Shown here one piece after another: positions 17,396-28,314 of a stretch of 64,000 nt of DNA. The notes beneath the pieces are model-generated. The model did no database searches and was not told the DNA's origin. It was given only the letters and a program-made list of their open reading frames with translations. How positions within the stretch are numbered: position 1 is the stretch's first letter; every line of letters begins with the position of its first letter. The stretch is from NCBI GenBank assembly GCA_947630015.1, contig CANRFY010000007.1, positions 2,526 to 66,525 of the forward strand. Reading direction: 5' to 3'. The DNA is from an uncultured Clostridia bacterium. Lineage in GTDB: Bacteria > Bacillota > Clostridia > Oscillospirales > CAG-272. The position numbers and the translations under genes are program-made.

Positions 17396-19961
17396 AATCG
17401 TTTGCGTCGTCGATGCCCGTTTCCTCGACAATGTCGGCAATGTCGACATCGTCGACATCGTCGACATCGTCCTCGGCGTCCTCCTGCTCGGTCAGCTCGA
17501 CCTTCGCGACCTCGGCGTCCTCATCGCGTTCGACTATGGCGAAATTCGCCACCTTCGATTCGCCCGTCCGCATCACGATCACTCCCGACGCCGCGCGGCG
17601 GTATGTGCTGATGTCGTCGGCGCGCGTGCGGATCATGACGCCCGCATCCGTGATGAGCATGATGTCCTCATCCTCGCCGACCGACGCGATCCCGATAAGA
17701 GCGCCCGTGCGCGGCGTGATGTTGTGACAGAATATGCCGCGTCCGCCGCGGTTCTTGACCTCGAACAGATCGAATTCAGTGCGCTTGCCGAATCCGTTCT
17801 CGGTCACGGTCAGAAGCGTCTTTCCGTCCTCGACGACAGTCGCGCCGACGACGCGCTCGCCCTCGCGCAGACGGATTCCGCGCACGCCGTGCGCGGTCCT
17901 GCCCTGACTGCGGACGCGGCTCTCGCTGAATCTGACGGCGCGTCCCGACGAGGACGCGATTATGATGTCGCGTTCGCCGTCCGTGCAGCCGACGTAGAGA
18001 AGCTCGTCGCCCTCGTCGAGCGTGATGGCGCGCTTGCCGCCCTTGCGCTGATATTCAAATTCGGAAAGCGGCGTGCGCTTTACGGTGCCGTTTCTCGTCA
18101 CCATCGTGAGATAGCCGCTCTTGTAGCCGTCGCCGTCGGCGTCGTTGACGGCGACGAACGCGGTCACGTTCTCATTCGGCTCGATCTCGATAATGTTGGC
18201 GAGATTCGTGCCGCGCGACGTGCGTCCCGATTCGGGTATCTGATACGCGCGGCGCGTGAACACCTTGCCCGTATCGGTGAACATCAACAAGTCGCTGTGG
18301 CTGTCCGCCGCGATCACGCGCTCGATGAAGTCCTCCTCCTTCGTCGACATGGCGATAATGCCCTTGCCGCCGCGCTTCTGCGCGGAGTAGACGTCGGCGC
18401 GCTGGCGCTTGATGTAGCCCGCGTGGGTGACTGTGATGAGGCAGTTGTGGCGCTCGATCAAATCCTCGGTCAGAATCTCATCCTCGACCGGCACGATCTC
18501 GGTGCGTCTGTCGTCCGCGTATTTGTCGCGGATCGCCGTCATCTCGGTCTTGATGAGCGCTTTGAGCTTGTTTTCGTCGGCGAGGATGCCCTCGATGTAG
18601 TCGATCTCCTCGTAAAGCTTCGCGAGTCTGTCCTCGACCTTCTGGCGCTCGAGGCCGGTCAGTCTGCCGAGCGTCATATCCACGATCGCCTGCGCCTGAA
18701 TGTCGTCGAGGCCGAATCTGTCGCAGAGTGAAATCTTCGCGTCCGCGATCGAGGATGCGGCGCGGATGAGCTTCACGATCTCGTCGATGTAATCGAGCGC
18801 GATCTTGTAGCCCTCGTAGATATGTGCCTCGCGCTTCGCGCGCGCAAGATCGAACCGCAGACGACGCGTTACGACGTCCTCCTGGTGCCTGATGTACTCG
18901 ACGAGGATATCCTTGAGCGTACACGTCTTCGGCTCGCCGCCGACGAGCGCGACCATATTGACCGCGCACGTGTCCTGGAGCTGCGTATAGCGGAAAAGCT
19001 GATTGAGAAGCACCTGCGGATTTACGTCGCGGCGGTAATCGATCACGATCTTCATGCCGTGGCGTCCGGATTCGTCGCGGAGTCCCGTCATGCCGTCGAC
19101 GCGCTTTTCTTCCTTGAGCGCCCATATCGACTTTACAAGCTCGCTCTTATTGACGCCGAACGGAATCTCCGTCGCGGTGATGCGGTGATGCTCCTCGTCG
19201 ATCTCGCACCGCGAGCGGACGGTGATATGCCCGCGTCCCGTCGCATACGCCTCGTAAATCCCCGACGTGCCGTATATGATCGCGCCCGTCGGGAAATCGG
19301 GACCCTTCACGTACTGCATCAGCTCGCCCGTCGTCGCGTCGGGATGATCCATCAGATAAAGCGTGCCGTCTATCGTCTCGGCTAAATTGTGCGTCGGGAT
19401 GTTAGTCGCCATTCCGACCGCGATCCCCATGCTGCCGTTGACGAGCAGATTCGGGAAACGGGACGGCAAAACGACAGGCTCGTTCATCGTGTTGTCGTAG
19501 TTCGGCCTGAAATCGACGACATCCTTGCCGATGTCGGCGATCATTTCCTCCGCCAATTTCGCGAGCTTCGTTTCGGTGTAACGCATCGCGGCGGGCGGGT
19601 CGCCGTCGACGGTGCCGTAGTTGGAATCGCAGAATACGAGCGGGTAACGATACGAGAACGGCTGCGCCATCCTCATCAGCGCGAAATATATCGACGCGTC
19701 GCCGTGCGGGTGATAGTTTCCCATGACGGCGCCGACGATCTTCGCCGACTTCGGTATCGGCCGGTCATAGGTGAATTTCTCCTCGAACATCGAATATAAA
19801 ATTCGCCTCTGCACCGGCTTCATGCCGTCCCTGACGTCCGGCAAAGCCCTGCTCGTTATAACGCTCATCGAGTACGCAATAAAGGACTTCTTGACCTCCT
19901 CATGCATCTCGACGTCAATTATCTTCTGATCCGGAAAATCTACTCTCTCTTGTTCTTTCAT
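17388..19961 (-). CDS. gyrA: DNA gyrase subunit A
   Basis: 857 aa; SRALPDVRDGMKPVQRRILY, AAMRYTE active-site region, beta-pinwheel CTD, acidic tail. Confidence 0.98.
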   Translation of the reverse strand: MKEQERVDFPDQKIIDVEMHEEVKKSFIAYSMSVITSRALPDVRDGMKPVQRRILYSMFEEKFTYDRPIPKSAKIVGAVMGNYHPHGDASIYFALMRMAQPFSYRYPLVFCDSNYGTVDGDPPAAMRYTETKLAKLAEEMIADIGKDVVDFRPNYDNTMNEPVVLPSRFPNLLVNGSMGIAVGMATNIPTHNLAETIDGTLYLMDHPDATTGELMQYVKGPDFPTGAIIYGTSGIYEAYATGRGHITVRSRCEIDEEHHRITATEIPFGVNKSELVKSIWALKEEKRVDGMTGLRDESGRHGMKIVIDYRRDVNPQVLLNQLFRYTQLQDTCAVNMVALVGGEPKTCTLKDILVEYIRHQEDVVTRRLRFDLARAKREAHIYEGYKIALDYIDEIVKLIRAASSIADAKISLCDRFGLDDIQAQAIVDMTLGRLTGLERQKVEDRLAKLYEEIDYIEGILADENKLKALIKTEMTAIRDKYADDRRTEIVPVEDEILTEDLIERHNCLITVTHAGYIKRQRADVYSAQKRGGKGIIAMSTKEEDFIERVIAADSHSDLLMFTDTGKVFTRRAYQIPESGRTSRGTNLANIIEIEPNENVTAFVAVNDADGDGYKSGYLTMVTRNGTVKRTPLSEFEYQRKGGKRAITLDEGDELLYVGCTDGERDIIIASSSGRAVRFSESRVRSQGRTAHGVRGIRLREGERVVGATVVEDGKTLLTVTENGFGKRTEFDLFEVKNRGGRGIFCHNITPRTGALIGIASVGEDEDIMLITDAGVMIRTRADDISTYRRAASGVIVMRTGESKVANFAIVERDEDAEVAKVELTEQEDAEDDVDDVDDVDIADIVEETGIDDANDYE

Positions 19962-19969
19962 GTTATTTT

Positions 19970-20029
19970 CTGGGGAAACTTTTTGTAAAAAGTTTCCCCA
20001 GACCCCTTCAAAAACTTTCCTTACAAATT
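19970..20029 (-). repeat. Palindrome family P, copy P4 (immediately 5' of gyrA ATG)
   Basis: CTGGGGAAACTTTTTGTAAAAAGTTTCCCCAG plus flank ACCCCTTCAAAAACTTTCCTTACAAATT. Confidence 0.85.
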
Positions 20030-20064
20030 ATTTTATTTTGCTTTATTCAAATCGTTTCAAAAAC

Positions 20065-20131
20065 CTGTAATAAAAATTTTTGAAACGGGGGGCGCGGGGG
20101 GAGAAACTTTTTATAAAAAGTTTCTCCCCCC
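20065..20131 (+). repeat. Palindrome family P, copy P5 (terminator position after gyrB)
   Basis: flank CTGTAATAAAAATTTTTGAAACGGGGGG plus GGGGGGAGAAACTTTTTATAAAAAGTTTCTCCCCCC. Confidence 0.85.
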
Positions 20132-20142
20132 GCAAAAGAAAC

Positions 20143-22143
<2,001 letters not shown>

Positions 22144-22383
22144 TCACTGCATAAATCTGCCGAGCAGCGACGAGGATGAAAACTGCGACAGCGTTACCAT
22201 ATCGTCGCAGGTCAAAATAAAGCTTTTCGGCAGCTCGTATGACGTGCTGATTACGCGTCCCTCGCGCTGGGAACGCGCGAGAAATTCTTTCGTTTCGGCG
22301 GCGACCGTCGCGGAATCCATATCGAAGATGCCGATTATCTCCTCCGCGCGGAGCAGCCGTCCGTTTCCGGCGTGAATAAACAT
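22144..22383 (-). CDS. DUF370 / RemB(YaaB)-like protein
   Basis: MFIHAGNGRLLRAEEIIGIFDMD resembles B. subtilis RemB; sits between recF and gyrB; the longer track ORF (to 22494) overlaps recF and is rejected. Confidence 0.75.
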   Translation of the reverse strand: MFIHAGNGRLLRAEEIIGIFDMDSATVAAETKEFLARSQREGRVISTSYELPKSFILTCDDMVTLSQFSSSSLLGRFMQ

Positions 22384-22412
22384 GAAATCGATCCTTTCGG
22401 TAAAAGGCGCGG

Positions 22413-23528
22413 CTACGAGCCGCGCGTCCATGCGCCGTCCCGAACGCAGTAGCATAAGCCGTCCTTGATGCGGCGGCGGACCGAGGTGTCGCACGAGGTG
22501 ATGATGACCTGCCTGTCCTTTATCCCGCCGACGACGTAGGAGCGCCGCGCCGGATCAAGCTCCGATAAAATATCGTCGAGGAGGAACACGGGATATTCGC
22601 CCGTTTCGATTCGGGAATATTCGCCCTCCGACAGCTTCATCGTCAAAACGATGCTTCTCTGCTGTCCCTGCGACGCGAACAGCTTCGCCTCTCTGCCGTC
22701 AAGCTCGATGTCCATGTCGTCCTTGTGGATCCCGTACTGCGTCGAGCCGAGCAGAATTTCGCGTCCGACGTTTTCGGTGAGCTGACGCTTATAGATATCA
22801 AAGACGCGGCGCTCGTCGCCGTAATCGCCGCCGATCTTGGAGCTGCCGTGATAGCGGAGCGTGATCCGCTCGCGGCTGCCGGTCATATCGGAGTAAAGCT
22901 CGGAGGCGATATTCGACATACGCTCCGCGTACTGAGCCCTTACGACCGCGATCTTTGCGGCGTATTCGGCGAGCTGGAGGCTCCACGCCTCGAGCGTGTC
23001 AGGCACGCGGTCAGATTCGCCCTTCGCGCTTTTGAGCAGCGCGTTGCGCTGGAGAAGGATCGCGTTGTAGCGCTGGAGTGTGCGCATATAGACGGGACGC
23101 AGCTGCGAGATCGCGGCGTCGAGAAACGATCTGCGCTCCGACGGCGATCCCTTCACAATCGATAAATGCTCGGGCGAAAACAGCACGGCGCGGAAGTTTC
23201 CTATCAACTCCGACATCCTGTCGAGCCTGACGCCGTTTTTGTACGGCGTCTTGCGCCGTCCGCGGCACAGCTCGAACGAAAGCGTGCTGTCGTATCCGCC
23301 CGATCTGTACGAAAGCGTCATCGTGGAGGATTCGGCGCCGAACTTTATCAGCTCCTCCTCGACTCTTGCGCGGTGGCTCTTGCCCTGCGCGAACATATAG
23401 ACTCCTTCGATGATGTTTGTCTTTCCCTGCGCGTTTTTCCCGTACAGGATCGTGGTGCCGGACGAAAACTCGATCTTACCGGCCTCGATATTGCGGTAAT
23501 TGCGGTATTCGATTGACTTACAGATCAT
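22413..23528 (-). CDS. recF: DNA replication/repair protein RecF
   Basis: 371 aa; Walker A GKNAQGKTN, signature SQGQQRS, Walker B LLDDILSELD. Confidence 0.95.
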   Translation of the reverse strand: MICKSIEYRNYRNIEAGKIEFSSGTTILYGKNAQGKTNIIEGVYMFAQGKSHRARVEEELIKFGAESSTMTLSYRSGGYDSTLSFELCRGRRKTPYKNGVRLDRMSELIGNFRAVLFSPEHLSIVKGSPSERRSFLDAAISQLRPVYMRTLQRYNAILLQRNALLKSAKGESDRVPDTLEAWSLQLAEYAAKIAVVRAQYAERMSNIASELYSDMTGSRERITLRYHGSSKIGGDYGDERRVFDIYKRQLTENVGREILLGSTQYGIHKDDMDIELDGREAKLFASQGQQRSIVLTMKLSEGEYSRIETGEYPVFLLDDILSELDPARRSYVVGGIKDRQVIITSCDTSVRRRIKDGLCYCVRDGAWTRGS

Positions 23529-23583
23529 TCACAATAAATCCGGCTTTTTTGTATTTTCAGAGCGGACAGATTTCCTCCCGCGT

Positions 23584-24744
23584 TTATTCCTTCATTCTGA
23601 CCGGCATCACGAAAAACAGGAAGCTGCCCTCGTCCTCGGGACGGCTGTCGGAATCGCTGTCGGTGATAGATACGCCCATGAGAGGCGAGATAAGCTCGAT
23701 CTTGACCGTATCCGCGTCAGCGGCGCGCACGGCGTCCAAAAGGAATCTGCAATTGAAGCCGATACGGATGTCGGCGCCCGTCTTTTCAATCGGAATTTCG
23801 TCGTAGACGGAGCCGGATACGCTGTCGGCGGTGATGACGAGTCTGTCGCCGTCGAAGGTGCAGGCGACGTGGCCGCGGCTCGCGCTCGATTTTTCCTCGA
23901 TCATGAGCGAGGCGCGCTCGAGGGACGCGCACAGAAGCGCGCGGTCGATATTGACGGTCGTTTCGTGCGACGTCGGGATGATGCGGTCGTAGTCGATGTA
24001 TTCGCCGTCGATGAGGCGCGAGAAGAATATGATATTCCCGATCGTGAATATGACGTGGCGGCGCGTCAGCGATACGGAGACGGTGTCCTCGGTGTCGGAG
24101 AGCAGCTTTCCAAGCTCGGCGAGCATTTTGCCCGGAACGTTGAAGCCGACCCCGTCGATCGTGTCGATGCCGCGCACATTGTCGGGAACGCGGCTCGAGG
24201 TGCATTTCGACAGCCTGTTCCCGTCGCAGGATACGACCGTCATGCCGCCCTCGTTAATGCGGAAATACGCGCCCGTGAATATGGGACGCTGATCCTTCTG
24301 CGCGACGGCGAACGACGTCTGCGCGATGAATTTCTTCAAAAGATGCTGTGGCAGCTCAAATCCGCGTTCGCCCGACAGCGTCGGGAGCGACGGGAAATCG
24401 GAACCGGGCAAGGCGTGAAGCTCAAAGCTCGACCTTCCGCTCTCGATCTTGACGTTCATCTTCTCGCTTACGGTGACGGTGATCTCCTCGCTCGGCATCA
24501 TTCTTATTATGGAATAGAATTTCTGCGCGTTTATGATATAGCTGCCGCCCTCGCGAACCTCGGCCTCGACGGAGGTGCGGATGCCCTTTTCATTGTCGTA
24601 TGCCGTAATGACGCATTCTCCCGTCCCCTCCTCGGCGTTGAAGAGAAGACCGTCGATCGCGGTAAGCGTGTTTTTATTGGATGTTGCGTTCATCGCCGGC
24701 GTTACGGCCGCGATAAGAGGCGTTTTTTCAAATATAAGCTTCAT
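23584..24744 (-). CDS. dnaN: DNA polymerase III beta sliding clamp
   Basis: 386 aa; three-domain clamp pattern; position between dnaA and recF. Confidence 0.93.
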   Translation of the reverse strand: MKLIFEKTPLIAAVTPAMNATSNKNTLTAIDGLLFNAEEGTGECVITAYDNEKGIRTSVEAEVREGGSYIINAQKFYSIIRMMPSEEITVTVSEKMNVKIESGRSSFELHALPGSDFPSLPTLSGERGFELPQHLLKKFIAQTSFAVAQKDQRPIFTGAYFRINEGGMTVVSCDGNRLSKCTSSRVPDNVRGIDTIDGVGFNVPGKMLAELGKLLSDTEDTVSVSLTRRHVIFTIGNIIFFSRLIDGEYIDYDRIIPTSHETTVNIDRALLCASLERASLMIEEKSSASRGHVACTFDGDRLVITADSVSGSVYDEIPIEKTGADIRIGFNCRFLLDAVRAADADTVKIELISPLMGVSITDSDSDSRPEDEGSFLFFVMPVRMKE

Positions 24745-25248
24745 TTCGTTGTCTGCCTTTCTTATTAAATCATAATTTCAAAGTCGAACGTGATCAGCAT
24801 TTTTTCGGTATGTGGAAAAAAAGATAAAATCTCCGCTCGCGAATACATATATATAAATATATTTTAGAATAGTAGAAGTAGAAGAAGTAGGGGATGTGGA
24901 AATGTGGGAAAACGTGAAAAATATCGGTATTGTCGGGTGTATCGGGGTTTTTTATGCGGTCTTTGGCTGTTTTTTTTCGGTGGCTTTTTTGTGGAAAACG
25001 GACGGGAAAATTGGGCGCGATTGTGTATAAATTCCTGTGATCTTTGCGGATGAGGCCGTTTTTTTCGTTTTCAACAGCGGTCGGGAGCCGCTTTTCAAAC
25101 GATTTAAACGGCTGCCGGTTTGGCGCGCAGTCTGTAAAATCGGAGTCGGGACGGGGGAGAGTCCGTGTTTACATGGCGCGTTTTCCACAGGGTTTTCCAC
25201 AGCTTGTTGAAAATATGCGTTTGCCGAATAGAATTTTTACATACGCCG
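24745..25248. promoter_or_regulatory. oriC-like dnaA-dnaN spacer with DnaA-box cluster
   Basis: TGTGGAAAA 24811, TGTGGAAAT 24895, TGTGGGAAA 24903, TGTGGAAAA 24990, TGTGTATAA 25022, TTTTCCACA 25181 and 25193 (TTWTNCACA-type boxes). Confidence 0.7.
24844..24912. promoter_or_regulatory. Candidate unwinding module: AT-rich tract, DnaA-trio run, GC cluster, two DnaA boxes
   Basis: TACATATATATAAATATATTTTAGAA then TAG TAG AAG TAG AAG AAG TAG (24870-24890), GGG, TGTGGAAAT-GTGGGAAA. Confidence 0.55.
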
Positions 25249-26613
25249 TTATATGTCGATCGAGTTGATGAGTTCGTTCATTTCGACGGCGAACGACGGA
25301 TTCGACTGAATCTCGCGCTCGATGAGGTTCGACGAGTATAGGATCGTGGAATGATCGCGGCCGAATACGTTTCCGATCGCTGGCAGCGACATATCGGTCC
25401 GCTTGCGCAGTATATAGATCGCGACGTGGCGCGCCCACACAAGCTCGCGGGTCCGTTTTTTGCCCTTCAGATCGGCCTCCTCAAAGCCGTATTTCGCCGA
25501 TACCTCGCGCAGCACCTTTGCGATCTTGACCGAAAGCGGAATTTCCTCCGATACGATGTCGGTAAGACTGCCGGCGGCAGTCTCGACCGTGATCTCCTTC
25601 TCGGTCAAAAGCGAGATCGCCTTGAGCCGTTTTAATGCTCCCTCGATCTGGCGGACGTTGCTCTTGAGCTTTTCGGCGAGATATGCGATCACGTCGGGTT
25701 CGAGGGTGATCCCGAGCGATTCGGATTTGTTTTTGATGATGGCGGCGCGCAGCTCGAGATCGGGAGGCTGCACGTCGGCAAGAAGTCCCCATTCAAACCG
25801 CGTCTTTAATCTGTCCTCGAGGACCTTGATCTCCTTCGGCGGTCGGTCGGAGGTCAAAATGATCTGCTTGTGGTTTTCATAAAGCGCGTTGAAGGTGTGG
25901 AAGAATTCCTCCTGCGTCGATTCCTTTCCGCCTATGAACTGGACGTCGTCGATGATGAGAACGTCCGTCGTTCTGTAATGCTCGCGGAAGGAGGCGGTGC
26001 TTTTTGTCGAGATCGCCTCGATTAACTCGTTTGTGAACTGTTCGCCCTTGACGTAGATGAGACTGATATAGGGATTGCGGCGCAGAAGCTCGTTCGTCAC
26101 CGCGTACATGAGATGCGTTTTACCGAGTCCGCTCGGCCCGTAAATGAAAAGGGGGTTATAGGCCTCGCCGGGGTTATTTGCGACGGCGGTACACGCGGCG
26201 TGCGCGAACTTATTCGAGCCGCCGACGATGAAATTGTCGAACGTGTATTCGTTGTGATATCCGAAGTCGTCGGTGCGGACGGCGACGTCGGAATCCAACT
26301 CCTCCAGCTCGCCGATGTAGGATTTGGACGTCTCCGCAGCCGCCTCGACGGGAAGCTCAAGGGTGAGGGTGACGTCGACGCTGCAGCCTAAAACGGCGGA
26401 CAGCGCGTCCGCGATCGTATCCTTATGGCGGTTCGATATTATGTTGTATTTCAGCTCGTTATTGCAGCTGACGACGGCGGTATGGGACGCGTCGTCGACG
26501 GAGACGAGCTTTAAAACTGGGATCCAGAGATCGTATGAGGCGGACGAGAACCGCTTGCCAAGCTCCTCTTTTGTAAGCTCCCAGATGTTGTTTATATCAC
26601 TCTGCTTCATCAT
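25249..26613 (-). CDS. dnaA: Chromosomal replication initiator DnaA
   Basis: AAA+ Walker A GPSGLGKTHL; C-terminal DnaA-box binding region (VWARHVAIYILR, DHSTILYS); track ORF extends to 26661 but MMKQSD at 26613 is the likely start. Confidence 0.95.
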   Translation of the reverse strand: MMKQSDINNIWELTKEELGKRFSSASYDLWIPVLKLVSVDDASHTAVVSCNNELKYNIISNRHKDTIADALSAVLGCSVDVTLTLELPVEAAAETSKSYIGELEELDSDVAVRTDDFGYHNEYTFDNFIVGGSNKFAHAACTAVANNPGEAYNPLFIYGPSGLGKTHLMYAVTNELLRRNPYISLIYVKGEQFTNELIEAISTKSTASFREHYRTTDVLIIDDVQFIGGKESTQEEFFHTFNALYENHKQIILTSDRPPKEIKVLEDRLKTRFEWGLLADVQPPDLELRAAIIKNKSESLGITLEPDVIAYLAEKLKSNVRQIEGALKRLKAISLLTEKEITVETAAGSLTDIVSEEIPLSVKIAKVLREVSAKYGFEEADLKGKKRTRELVWARHVAIYILRKRTDMSLPAIGNVFGRDHSTILYSSNLIEREIQSNPSFAVEMNELINSIDI

Positions 26614-26699
26614 TTTCGGGCTTTTTTCACATAACATTATATTATATATATTATACCACAAAATCGATAAAATTTCAAGAGCGTATTTAGGGATTGAGG

Positions 26700-27440
26700 A
26701 TTAAAACCTTTGTAAAGGTTTAAATGAAACTTTCTCTTTTGCGATTCTCGCTGTTCCTTATCGAAAACCTTTGAAAAGGTTAAAAATAGTTAAGGGTCTC
26801 TTTGCTGGCCGGCAAAGAGACGCGTGCGCAAAGGATTTTCCTTTGCGATCCTATCGTTTCCTTTTCTGCAAACTTTACAAAGTTTTTAAATTTTGTTAAG
26901 GGCCTCTTTCTCGCAAGAAAGAGGCCCTTAACGATCCCGAAAGAGGCTCCCGTGTGGCGTCGACGTTATTCAATCGGCGGAAAGAATTGTTTCGGGCGTA
27001 AACCGCGATATTATTTTGACAAACAGTTTCGTGCTTCCGCGCGGCGGGTCGAGAGCGAGTTTATTCTGTCTTGGTAAATCGATTCCTGACAGCGTAAGAT
27101 TCCGCTCGTGTCGTGCGAACAGCTCCGATTCACAAAGAGATACAAGACGGCTCGCACCGGTTGGCGCGCAATATCGTGCATCCGTGAGTGTTTATGTCAG
27201 TGCGATCGCGGGGTCACGTTGATAAAAACGTTAGGGCTGCATCGCGAACGGGTCGATATTAAAGCGTCAGCGTCGCAAACGGAATGTGGCTTGTATAGCC
27301 GGATTATCCTCGCGTGGTGCGAACAGCTCTGACGCACAAAGGGAAACGCCAATTTTGCTGGGTAGGCGTAGATGGAACAGGGCAACCAGCGATTGATTGC
27401 TTTTCGCCAAGCAAGTGGACAACAAACAATTACAAATTTC
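26700..27440 (+). repeat. Mosaic repeat copy R4 (alpha-long, beta, gamma2)
   Basis: H1 26789-26822, H2 26895-26932, beta to 27210. Confidence 0.9.
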
Positions 27441-27960
27441 TTGCCAAGAAAACGGGCGTTGTGTTTCTTTTCTTGAGGGTGTTTGAGGGAGGTTCTTTTC
27501 TTTCCCAAAGAAAAGAATCTCACCTCAAAATTAACGGTTCTTTTCTTTTTCAAAGAAAAGAAGCTCACCTCGTAAAAAAGTGGCGCTGGAATTTATATGC
27601 CTTATGGATTTTAGCGCGTCAATGAAAGCAAACGTCCCGCGAAGAGCTGTTCGCACACAGCGAACGCGCGTTGTTCTTTTGGAGAGGGGGTTCGGGGGAG
27701 GACCCTTTCTTTTGAAGAAAGGGTCCTCATCCACAACTGAATCTTTGCAAGAAATGGTCTTCATCCCACACCGGCTCTTTACAAGAAAAGGTCCTCATCC
27801 CAGACCGCATTATTGTGCGAAAAGTCCTCATTCCGATGCGATTTTTAACGAAACTCCTCATCCTGAAACTGTCTTTTAACGAAGAAATCCTCATCCCGAA
27901 TCGGCTTTTATGCGTAAAGAGAACCGCTGATATAATTTCAAATTTTTATAAGAGTTTAGA
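27441..27960 (+). repeat. Mosaic interior: small hairpins (TTCTTTTCTTT-N-AAAGAAAAGAA), delta module and periodic tail
   Basis: delta CCGCGAAGAGCTGTTCGCAC...GAGGACCCTTTCTTTTGAAGAAAGGGTCCTC at 27636-27735, also at 31750-31850 and 53541-53633. Confidence 0.8.
27715..27930 (+). repeat. Six-unit tandem array, period 30-34 nt, core TCCTCATCC
   Basis: Cores at 27724, 27758, 27792, 27825, 27855, 27888; each unit ends CTTT.CAA/TTTAAC + GAAA. Confidence 0.8.
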
Positions 27961-28075
27961 CAATGCATGGCGAGTATTGCAATGGAAAATTCTTTACTCA
28001 CGCGCCTCTTTGCCGGCCAGCAAAGAGACCCTTAACTCTTTTTTAACTTTGCAAAAGTTATAGCTGAGATATGGC
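27960..28075 (-). repeat. Solo inverted alpha fragment (H1 plus outer palindrome)
   Basis: H1 28004-28036, AACTTTGCAAAAGTT 28045-28059. Confidence 0.85.
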
Positions 28076-28095
28076 GAGAATCGCGAAGGAATCCC

Positions 28096-28314
28096 CTATC
28101 GGCGATACTCGAGCAGATCGCCGGGCTGGCAGTCGAGGACCTCGCAGAGCTTCGTCAACGTCGAAACCCTGATCGCCTTCGCCTTCCCATTTTTGAGAAT
28201 AGAAATATTCGCCATCGTTATACCGACTCTGTCGGAAAGCTCCGTTACCGACATTTTGCGCTTCGCGAGCATGACGTCGATATTGAAAATAAGTTCGCCT
28301 GACGGTTCGTTCAT
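28096..28314 (-). CDS. YozG-like XRE-family HTH transcriptional regulator
   Basis: 72 aa; MSVTELSDRVGITMANISILKNGKAKAIRVSTL HTH. Confidence 0.85.
   Translation of the reverse strand: MNEPSGELIFNIDVMLAKRKMSVTELSDRVGITMANISILKNGKAKAIRVSTLTKLCEVLDCQPGDLLEYRR

Noticed and set aside
17432-17470. 9-nt tandem GTCGACATC repeats
   Set aside because: They are in frame within gyrA and encode the acidic C-terminal tail (DVDDVDDVD). This is coding low complexity, not a regulatory repeat.
27715-27930. CRISPR-like array (six repeats with about 33-nt period)
   Set aside because: The conserved core is only about 9-14 nt and the period is too short. The 'spacers' share motifs with each other (CTTTnCAA, GAAA). 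There are no cas genes, and the array is part of the tail of the mosaic repeat, recurring in degenerate form at other copies.
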